DNA of 64,000 bases from a bacterium. Lineage in GTDB: Bacteria; Electryoneota; JAOADG01. The notes under the pieces are model-generated. The model did no database searches, was not told where the DNA came from, and was given only the letters and a program-made list of their open reading frames with translations. The position numbers and the translations under genes were made by a program. The DNA is taken from the NCBI GenBank assembly GCA_963681965.1, contig OY820579.1, forward strand, positions 3,808,001 to 3,872,000, written 5' to 3'. How positions within the stretch are numbered: the first letter of the stretch is position 1; the number at the start of each line of letters is the position of its first letter. Shown one piece after another: positions 21,990 to 30,124 of this stretch.

Positions 21990-22500
21990 TACAGGATGGG
22001 TGGTAGGTGATGGTTCGAGGGTGGTAGGTAAAAGAAGGGTAACGGCGGACTTTAGTCCGCATTATGTTTTCTGCGTAGCTGCAGGCTTCAGCCTGCGATT
22101 TTTTTCTTGATTTTTTTATCCTGCAGTAGGGGCGGGCTCCCACGCCCGCCCGATCATTTTTAGACACAAGAGGAGTCGGAATAGATAGGTATTGTGTGGT
22201 GGGAGAGGATACAAAAAGACACAAGAACGGGCCGGCTCCCACGCCCGCCCGATCATTTTTAGACACAAGAGGAGTCGGAATAAATTCCGACCTACACCAA
22301 TGCAATTGCAGACACAGGAGGTGGTCAGAACAAGTTCTGACCTACGTAAAAGAAAGCGCTCGCAGGCTCGAAGGTTCGTTGTTTTTTTCCGTAGGGGCGT
22401 ATGGCATACGCCCAAAGCGTCAGGCAGCGCCTGACGCCGTCTTTGGTGGCGCAGGCTCGAAGACTTGCGCTCTTTGTAATCGGAGGTTAGACGCAGCCTG
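21990..22500. repeat. REP-like cluster
   Basis: Same hairpin families; 22075-22152 nearly identical to 19161-19237. Confidence 0.85.
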
Positions 22501-22521
22501 ACAATTCTAAATTGTAAGACG

Positions 22522-22553
22522 AAAAAAAAGGCGCAGCTTTCACTGCGCCTTTT
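22522..22553 (-). terminator. Rho-independent terminator of paralog 5
   Basis: AAAAAAAAGGCGCAG-CTTTCA-CTGCGCCTTTT: stem plus U-tract on the minus strand. Confidence 0.75.
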
Positions 22554-22570
22554 CTCTACAGAAAAACTAC

Positions 22571-25246
22571 TTACTTCATGAAGATTACTTTTTCGGTCTT
22601 GACAGTATGACCGGCAGTCATCTTGATAAAGTACACGCCACTCGCCAATCGGTTCGGACGCCAGGTAATACGCTGCTCGCCGGCATTGAACACGTTGTCG
22701 ACCAACGTGCCAACTTCCTTACCGGTGATGTCGTATGCCTTGATCGTTACGCGATCGCGCAACGGAATGGCAAATCGAATCGTGGTGTACGGATTGAACG
22801 GATTCGGATATGCCGGCTTCAACTGATAGGTCGAAACGACACTCTTCGTCGGATTTTCATTCACACCGGCAACGATATTGTAAGTCTGCCAAGTGATATC
22901 GCTCACCGTAGGATCGCGTTGAATCGAAATCCGGAACTTCACGTTAGTAGCATTCAAGTACGATTCATCCCAACGCCACATCATCGTATCGTTGGTAATC
23001 GGCGCTGTATTGATCAGCGACCACTGACCATTCGGATAATTGCGCATGACTTCGATCCGGACGGTGTCGGTCGTACGAATATCGCCATTGGTAGTGGTGT
23101 CGATATAATCCCACTGCAACGTGACGGGATTCGTCAAATATGAATTGGAAGGAAAGACCAATCGAATCGTTGCCAACGATAAATCGCGCGGTGCGTCGTC
23201 GGAAGAAATAATGTCGCTGACATTCGTATTGGCAAGCAGCGTAATCCGGAACCGGACACGCAGCAAGTTGTATTCTTCTTCGAATGCCCACGAGTAAGTC
23301 GTGTCGCTCGCCAATGGCGTGTCGATCAATTCCCACTCGCCGTCGGGATAATCGCGATTCAATTCGAGTTTGACATGGCAAGTATCGGCAATACGACGAT
23401 ACAACCAATTGAAGGTGATCGGGTTATTCAAGTACAAGCCGCCGGCAGGACCGGTAAAGCGCAAAATCGGCGCATTCGGGTCGAACCGATAACTGCAACG
23501 TAACGGCGGATAGTCCGGATACGTCAACGTGGCGGTGCTGTGAATGGCACTGCGTGCCACCGACGTCACGTATACTTGATTTTGCGTCCAGTCGTTCGCA
23601 AGCGGCGAACCGGTCTGCTGACCGTCGATCCATGCCGAACCACCGGAACGATCGTCGATGTACATAATGTAAAGCGAGTCGTTGTCGACCACTTCCGGCA
23701 TTGACGGCCAGATGCGGCTGTGCGCCGAACCGGATGCCGCACCGGCGTTATTCGTCGTGTCGGTAACCGGAGTCGGTTCATACCAGGTGGCACCGTTGTC
23801 GACCGAGTGCGTGACCCAGATATTCGCGCAAGCGTAACCGTTGGCGCTGGTGTCGACTTCGGAATCCTTGTTGCCGTACTGCGAATAGGCACAATACAAT
23901 TCGTTGTTGGTCGCAACCGAAATGCTCATGCGGTCGATCGTCGTGCGATATTCCTGACGCCAGCGTGGCGGCGTACGTCCATCGTATACAATCGGCCACC
24001 ACCAACCGTCGGCGACGATCGAGAAAGTATCGGGAGCGGCACTTGACCAGTGATACATATAAGTCGGCATAAATTCGACGCGCCATACCGGCGGAACGCG
24101 CGGTCGGACAGTCGTGTCGGTGGACAAGTCTTCCAGGAACCGGTTGACGGTGAAGACGATGTGCAAGTTGTCGTTGTTGTCGTAAACCATTGCAGTCGCA
24201 TTGAAGAAGCGGAACGTATCGCCTGCTGCCCAAAGCGTGTCAAGGTTTTCCGACTGCGTGAAGCGATCCCAGTTCCAGACGCGGAATTTCGTGATATTGT
24301 TGTGCAGCGTATCGTCGAAGTTCCATGACGCGCCGCCATCGGTCGACTGCGCAGCCCACAAGTCGTTGTTGTAATCGCTCACGAGGAAGCCGCTCCAGCC
24401 GTGCAAATCTTCGTAACCGCCGGGAATGGCGGTTTGCGGCCATGCGACTGCAACTTTATTGGAAATGCGCGAAGTCGCCATCGCATACGACGGCATGAAG
24501 CAACGGAATGCATAGGAGAATGCGGACGGATTCGATTGATTGGCATCGGTACGGCTGTAATAAATACGGGCGTATTCAATATTTCTGCCACCGTCTTTGT
24601 TGCGTGCGAACATGTGTCCGACATTATTGCGATCCATCGCAACGCTCGGCCAGTTGATCGAGTCGTTGGGAAGTGTCGCGGGATTCGGAATAATTTGAGT
24701 TCGGAAACCGGAAATCTGGTAGTCTTCGTCGACTGCGATCAGCGACATGAATCCGGGAGGGTTGCCGGTCGGTTCGTGTGCACCGATCACGGCGCGACCG
24801 TCGGTCAGTATTTCCTGCTGGCTGAAGCCGGCACCGGCTGCGACTGCAGAACCGGGGATCGACCATGCGCCGTTCGGCGGTTCGCGGAAGTTGTAAGAGA
24901 CCACGCGGTCGGTCGAGCTATTCGGCGTGCGGTGGTTCATCCACGATGTGTGAAGACCGCCCATCGTGTCGCGTTGGATCAGACGGTTGTGGGAACCGTA
25001 TGAGAAAAAGTCGGTATAAGTAGTACCAATTTGCACCGTCGAGTTGACTTCGTCGACTGACCGTACCGGACCAACGGGTGCCGGAGGCAGTGGATGATTC
25101 AACGGAACCGGCGCTGGATCCTGTAATAGTTGGCGCGACATCGACGGAGTACGGGGATCGCTGAGATGCTGTTTCCGTACGCCGAACGCTACTGCAACCA
25201 ATCCCAACACCAACAGCACTAACACTATCTTAGCTGGTATTTTCAT
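22571..25246 (-). CDS. Secreted BNR/Asp-box protein with T9SS CTD, paralog 5
   Basis: 891 aa, closest to paralog 4 (same GAAAGGAGTTATCATG start context); YPNPFN...KVIFMK. Confidence 0.9.
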   Translation of the reverse strand: MKIPAKIVLVLLVLGLVAVAFGVRKQHLSDPRTPSMSRQLLQDPAPVPLNHPLPPAPVGPVRSVDEVNSTVQIGTTYTDFFSYGSHNRLIQRDTMGGLHTSWMNHRTPNSSTDRVVSYNFREPPNGAWSIPGSAVAAGAGFSQQEILTDGRAVIGAHEPTGNPPGFMSLIAVDEDYQISGFRTQIIPNPATLPNDSINWPSVAMDRNNVGHMFARNKDGGRNIEYARIYYSRTDANQSNPSAFSYAFRCFMPSYAMATSRISNKVAVAWPQTAIPGGYEDLHGWSGFLVSDYNNDLWAAQSTDGGASWNFDDTLHNNITKFRVWNWDRFTQSENLDTLWAAGDTFRFFNATAMVYDNNDNLHIVFTVNRFLEDLSTDTTVRPRVPPVWRVEFMPTYMYHWSSAAPDTFSIVADGWWWPIVYDGRTPPRWRQEYRTTIDRMSISVATNNELYCAYSQYGNKDSEVDTSANGYACANIWVTHSVDNGATWYEPTPVTDTTNNAGAASGSAHSRIWPSMPEVVDNDSLYIMYIDDRSGGSAWIDGQQTGSPLANDWTQNQVYVTSVARSAIHSTATLTYPDYPPLRCSYRFDPNAPILRFTGPAGGLYLNNPITFNWLYRRIADTCHVKLELNRDYPDGEWELIDTPLASDTTYSWAFEEEYNLLRVRFRITLLANTNVSDIISSDDAPRDLSLATIRLVFPSNSYLTNPVTLQWDYIDTTTNGDIRTTDTVRIEVMRNYPNGQWSLINTAPITNDTMMWRWDESYLNATNVKFRISIQRDPTVSDITWQTYNIVAGVNENPTKSVVSTYQLKPAYPNPFNPYTTIRFAIPLRDRVTIKAYDITGKEVGTLVDNVFNAGEQRITWRPNRLASGVYFIKMTAGHTVKTEKVIFMK

Positions 25247-25661
25247 GATAACTCCTTTCCGAAGTTACTGAGTAAGCATGTGAGTTACCGCTTTAACAAA
25301 AAAAGTACCAAAATTGTACAGATGTAACAACCCTGTTCAATAGTTAGCAGATAATATATAGAAGAACTTGCGAAATCCCTCATCGAGTGCGATCAAAATT
25401 CGCACGAATTAACAATTAGATAAAAAAACGCCTCGACTCCCTCTAAGGGAGGCGCTCACCTACAGTGATACGGTTGCGACGCCGTTGCAATTGTGATTCT
25501 TGCACATCATTTTTTTCGCTCATTTTTTTGGATCCATCCGACCGGGAAAAGATTAAAAACGATTCAATCGTCTTGCGAAAGTTTCGAGGATTAGCTTAGT
25601 TTATCGAAATAATGCGCTACTGGAGAAAAAATGGAGCCGTTAGTATAATCAATTTCGTGCA

Positions 25662-25892
25662 ATGCAAGGATTTTCTTATCGATTCGAAGTTACCAATCGA
25701 AAACTACTCACCCGTGATTTTGATACAACAACTCCTTGGATAAATCCAATCGACTCTATCACTCTTGCCCGCGTTAATGAAGCCTCTCAAGAACTCAACC
25801 TACCCGAATCCGAGATTCGCGCTCGCTACGAAGCGATCGCCGAGAAAATTCCGATCAAATTGGCGTGGAAACCGGAAACTTGGAATCGATAG
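25662..25892 (+). CDS. Small hypothetical protein
   Basis: 76 aa ATG-started ORF with protein-like composition, converging on the MetE-like gene; no family recognised. Confidence 0.4.
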   Translation: MQGFSYRFEVTNRKLLTRDFDTTTPWINPIDSITLARVNEASQELNLPESEIRARYEAIAEKIPIKLAWKPETWNR

Positions 25893-25898
25893 CGAAAA

Positions 25899-27080
25899 TT
25901 ATTTGGAATATTTATTGCGCAGAATCTTCGCCGCTTCTACTATCTGGCGGAGCTTTGCTGTGGCGGTGGCATCGTCGTTGACACAGCGATTGGAGAAGGT
26001 CCCGAAACCGCAATCGGGATTGAGGAAAATCTTTTCCGGTGGGAAAAATTCCAGCGCGCGTTCGACGCGCTGCACGATCGTAGCGACCGGCTCGATATCG
26101 TAGCCGCGCGGATTCACTACGCCCAGCCCCAATTCGCGACCGCGTAATTCCTGAGCGACTGCCGACAATTCACCCGCCCGCGGCGTGGCAAATTCCAGCA
26201 CAAATTGATCGACATTCATCCGCGCCAGTGCCGGTGCAAGCGGTGCATAATCGCCCGTGAGCAACACCTCGTCGCAACGACTCCAGTTGCCACGGCAAAT
26301 ATGAATCCCCGTACGAATCCCGCTCACCCCGTGTACCACACGGTTGATCAGTTCGACAGCGTAGTCGAGTTCCGCACCCGCGTCCCGGCGGGTCGCCAAC
26401 GTCGCTCACATGAAAGTGCGGCGATCCTTCTCCTTCGAGAGGATGACTTCCGTCAATACCGGTTCGTCGAATTGCACCATCGCACAACCGGCATCGCGCA
26501 GCTCCGTCAATTCGTCGTGCAACATCGCTACGATGTCGTCCGCCATGTCGGTTTTGTCGCGATACGCCGATTTCGAATAAGCGGTCACCCACATCGAGCG
26601 CGTCAACAGATACGGTCCGGGCAATGTCGCCTTCACCGGTAAATCGGTGAGACTCGCAACATACTCGAATTCGCGCACCGCCAACGGTTCGCGCCGCGAC
26701 AGCTTACCGGTACAGGTCGGATTCCGAATCGCCGACGCCGGTACATCCAGCGTCGCCAACATCTCTTCGAATCCGGCTTTGTCCTCGACGGTATCGAGCA
26801 TATCCGCCAGCGACATCAACGCCGCGCCATCCACCCGCTCGGTCAGGAACGAATAGAAATTGTCGCGATGATGTTCGCCATCGACCACCAAATCGACGCC
26901 GGCATCTTCCTGAATCCGAATTGTCCGCGCAATTTCTTCACGCGCAATCTGCTCGAATTCCGGAGTCGCCAGTTTCCCGACGCGACGATCGCGCAACGCG
27001 CGCAACATCTTCTCGGACCGGATCCACGAACCGACTTGTGTCACTGGAAATAGCGGTAGTTTGCGTGTTGCCGTCTTCAT
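25899..27080 (-). CDS. Core (single-domain) cobalamin-independent methionine synthase II / MetE-like Zn enzyme; probable selenoprotein with Sec at codon 225 (393 aa)
   Basis: ORFs 26406-27080 and 25899-26399 are in the same frame, separated only by TGA (RRTFM*ATLA). Motifs TQVGSW.R, QEDAGVDLVVDGE, KATLPGP, QFDEP, IHICRGNW, LEFA and LNPDCGF span both parts. Confidence 0.88.
26376..26393 (-). promoter_or_regulatory. Putative bacterial SECIS element
   Basis: The mRNA reads UGA-GCGACGUUGGCG-ACCCGC-CGGGAC-GCGGGU: a perfect 6-bp stem, a 6-nt loop with G at position 2, and 18 nt between UGA and the loop. Confidence 0.75.
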
Positions 27081-27823
27081 ACCACCACCATCTTCGTTGT
27101 GAGTTCAGTTGCTTTCGCGAGCGTCGTTGCCAATGGTGAGCGCCGCAGTGTATCGTCCCACGCTCCGCGTAAAATTTTCTCGTCCGCGAAACTGGTGACG
27201 TAACACTTCAACTCGATTGCCGCGAACGACGGATCGCCGTCCTCGCTGCCAAGATGCGCCATGACATTGTGCAGTCGTCCGTTGACCGTGATTTCGACAT
27301 CGTCGACTTCCAACTGTCGTCGCGAACAGGCACCGAAGTAACCCGTTGCCAAATCGCCTGCAAGTGCTGACAGTAGGTATTCCACCGCCGACGGATGCGC
27401 ATCGCGTTCTTCGAAACTGGCGGCTTGACCGATGTCGAGCGCGAAGTTGCGAAAGTACGCGCTGCTCTTCTGTCCGCCGGTTGATCGTACCCGTACGCGC
27501 CATTCATAGGCTTTCGCACGTTCGCGATCGGCTGCCAGTTGACACGCTTCCTCCGCGGCGATTTTCGCACCGCGTCGCACGAAGTAACGCATGGTCCGTT
27601 CACCCGGAAGACTTCCAAGGAACTCGTGACCGACCATCCGGCACCACGGCGGTAAATCGTCAGCCACCGTCGATTCGCTGCTGCGCATTTCGAGGATGCC
27701 GTCCACCGGTACGCGAAGCATCGCTTCCCGGATCAACAGCACCAGTCCCGAACCGCAGTCGAGGTCGCCGCCATCGAACAGGTGATCGGCGTTCAAAGTA
27801 CGGAGTGTCGATTCATCCAGCAT
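27077..27823 (-). CDS. TusA/SirA-like sulfur-carrier domain fused to OsmC-like domain
   Basis: FDGGDLDCGSGL...DDLPPWCRMVGH (TusA-like), then PSAVEYLLSALAGDL...RRSPL (OsmC-like); ATGA overlap with the MetE-like gene. Confidence 0.85.
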   Translation of the reverse strand: MLDESTLRTLNADHLFDGGDLDCGSGLVLLIREAMLRVPVDGILEMRSSESTVADDLPPWCRMVGHEFLGSLPGERTMRYFVRRGAKIAAEEACQLAADRERAKAYEWRVRVRSTGGQKSSAYFRNFALDIGQAASFEERDAHPSAVEYLLSALAGDLATGYFGACSRRQLEVDDVEITVNGRLHNVMAHLGSEDGDPSFAAIELKCYVTSFADEKILRGAWDDTLRRSPLATTLAKATELTTKMVVV

Positions 27824-27829
27824 GATGTA

Positions 27830-28195
27830 TTAGTAGCACACGCAGGGCGAACCGTTCGACAGCCATTCGACCAATGCCGCGCCGCCAGCCGGTTGCGCGC
27901 CTGCGATCAGCATATCGTCGGTGATGTTCCGCTTCTTCATACACGGTGTGCAGACATAAATCTTGCCGCCGCCGTTGACGAATTTTTCGATCAATTCGTT
28001 CAAGGGCAGGAACGGAGCACCGGCATTCACTTTCGCCGCTTCCCCTTTGGCAGCTGCCCAGACGCCATCGGCACTCAAAAACACCATCGTGTCTTTTTCG
28101 CTGCCGAGAGCCGCATTCGCAACCACAAAACCGAGGGTTGCCTTGTCTTCGTTGTCGTGGGTATGGGTAATACTCACACAGAAGGTCTTGCTCAT
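27830..28195 (-). CDS. DsrE/DsrF-like sulfur relay protein
   Basis: Start MSKTFCVS via ATGA overlap; VFLSADGV and GGKIYVCTPCMKKR motifs. Confidence 0.88.
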   Translation of the reverse strand: MSKTFCVSITHTHDNEDKATLGFVVANAALGSEKDTMVFLSADGVWAAAKGEAAKVNAGAPFLPLNELIEKFVNGGGKIYVCTPCMKKRNITDDMLIAGAQPAGGAALVEWLSNGSPCVCY

Positions 28196-28443
28196 TCGTT
28201 GTCTCCTGATTCGGATTTCTTTTGAATCAAATAGAATGGGTGTTGCTTGATCAGTAGTGCGTTGCCCGTCGACCAGCACCACGCCGGAATATCGATGCCG
28301 GCTCCGCTGTCGAGTGCGCGTACGCATACTTTCGGCGAACCGGACAGCGTCTTGAAATACGCCAGCAGGTCGCAGATCAGCGTGCTGCAACTCTTGTCGC
28401 CGCCGTCATAGGTAACGTCGTATTGCCAATCGTCGGGGTACAT
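28192..28443 (-). CDS. Small TusA/SirA-like protein
   Basis: MYPDDWQYDVTYDGGDKSC...ALDSGAGIDIPAWCWSTGN, paralogous to the N-domain of 27077-27823. Confidence 0.8.
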   Translation of the reverse strand: MYPDDWQYDVTYDGGDKSCSTLICDLLAYFKTLSGSPKVCVRALDSGAGIDIPAWCWSTGNALLIKQHPFYLIQKKSESGDNE

Positions 28444-28834
28444 CGAAAATTCTCGAAAGAAACAAGAGGATGAATGTAGTGGAGAGAATTGCAAATCGAA
28501 AGTCGAAACATTCTTCTGCAAAAAATATTGTGTAAGGAATAGTCAATACTAAACACGCACTACTACCGTGTGAATTTAATTCCAGCGAATATCACGAATT
28601 CCGTTCGCGAAGCGGGACGCGAGTGTTTATTCCGATCATTTTACCGTCCTCGAACATACCTCTTCGACGCCTGGAGTCGGCTCCAGAAGTGCCGCAGTTC
28701 ATTGTTTCGCGTGCAAATAGTTTTTTGCGCACTGATCCGATGGGCAATAATTCTAAGACCTGTTTGCTGAGATCGATCTCTACTCGCGTATCGATGTCAT
28801 TGCGATTCTAATCGAGGATGTGTGAAAATATTCT

Positions 28835-29926
28835 TTACGACAATCCGAGCACACGCCCGATTTTCCGGAAGCTGACGAATTTGAAGACCCACTGGATCTT
28901 CGCAAATATGCTCCCCTTCATTGTTAGAAAGCGGATGCCCATCAACAGCACCAGAATCACCGTCAACACGAGTCGCACCAAGCCGTTGTGCGACACCGTG
29001 AAGCGCTCGTAATCGAATTTCTTCGGATGACTCACCGGCGGCAATTTGGGATCGCGGAATTTGACCCATGCCGGCAATTTGATTTCCGACTTGTCGTACA
29101 CATTCGGCAGCGGAACGGCGAAATTGAAAAAATTCTGGAATAATTTTTCTTCGTCGATTTTCGGATTGATCTTGCTCGATTGGTCTTTCCAGATCACCAC
29201 CATCAGGTCGGCGCAATCCGGTTCGTATGGTTTGCGCTCCGCCAATTTCGGAATCAGTTTTGCCGCTTCGTCGCGGGAGATCTGCGTTTCATCCATCATG
29301 CCGACGATCTTGCTGGCATTGAGTGTCTCGACATTGCTGCCGAAAATGGCGCGGAAATCGTCGGGATGAAAATAAGTGCGTTCGGCATGACTCTTGTCGA
29401 GATCGCGCAACGACATGCGGCACCAGCGCTCGGTGGTGTAGGGGCTGCATTCCAGCGTCGTGATCACCACCGCCTTGCGGGCGACGCGATATGCTTCCAT
29501 CAGACCTTGTACCGGATCGAACAGGTGCTCGATCACTTCGCTCAAAATCACGATGTCGATACTGTTGTCTTCGAAGGGGAGTCCGTGAATGTCGGCGGGT
29601 AGTGCCGGAATGGAAAACAGCTCGTTGCAGCGCGTGCACGCGTTGTCGGACAATTCGGTCATGATTGAATCGATGCCGAGGAATTTCTTTGCCAGTGCCG
29701 CGATATACCCTTCGCCACCGCCGATATCGACCAGCGTCGAACCATTGATCCGGTTCAACTGCTGGAGAATCGCATAAGCGATCGTCATCCGCATGGTGTG
29801 GTTGCGTTCGGACGGTTGGACACCGAAGCCGTAGATCGGGCGATGCGCCTCATAGCGACCTTCGGCGACACCGCGGTCGTAGCGTTCGTCGAGCCATTTT
29901 TTGGTAACGGTGGTGTATTCGTTCAC
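28835..29926 (-). CDS. Class I SAM-dependent methyltransferase
   Basis: LVDIGGGEG motif I and ADIHGLPFEDNSIDIVILSEVIEHL; C-terminal hydrophobic helix. Confidence 0.87.
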   Translation of the reverse strand: MNEYTTVTKKWLDERYDRGVAEGRYEAHRPIYGFGVQPSERNHTMRMTIAYAILQQLNRINGSTLVDIGGGEGYIAALAKKFLGIDSIMTELSDNACTRCNELFSIPALPADIHGLPFEDNSIDIVILSEVIEHLFDPVQGLMEAYRVARKAVVITTLECSPYTTERWCRMSLRDLDKSHAERTYFHPDDFRAIFGSNVETLNASKIVGMMDETQISRDEAAKLIPKLAERKPYEPDCADLMVVIWKDQSSKINPKIDEEKLFQNFFNFAVPLPNVYDKSEIKLPAWVKFRDPKLPPVSHPKKFDYERFTVSHNGLVRLVLTVILVLLMGIRFLTMKGSIFAKIQWVFKFVSFRKIGRVLGLS

Positions 29927-30124
29927 GGATACTCCCGGTTAGATCAGAAATTCGCTGCCGATCAATCAATCAGTGCAATATATACTAGATCAAAGTATAT
30001 TTCCAGCGATTGCGCGGCGTCAGAATGAGATACGAATAATTTCAAACCGCGCACCATTTTGTTTGTAAACAGACTCTGCCGGTCGTATAATAATTCCGAT
30101 ACCAGCTATCCGACCGGAGCCGCC

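Noticed and set aside
19161-22500. Integron attC cassette array
   Set aside because: The repeats lack the RYYYAAC/GTTRRRY core organisation, and no integrase is seen.
25440-25470. M-box riboswitch (GTAGGTGAG resemblance on the minus strand)
   Set aside because: The match does not extend beyond a few bases.
26406-26408. Pseudogene or two separate genes for the MetE-like enzyme; alternative genetic code
   Set aside because: There is a single in-frame TGA, no other lesion and a SECIS-like stem, and TGA is used as a true stop in many neighbouring genes. A nonsense mutation is not fully excluded.
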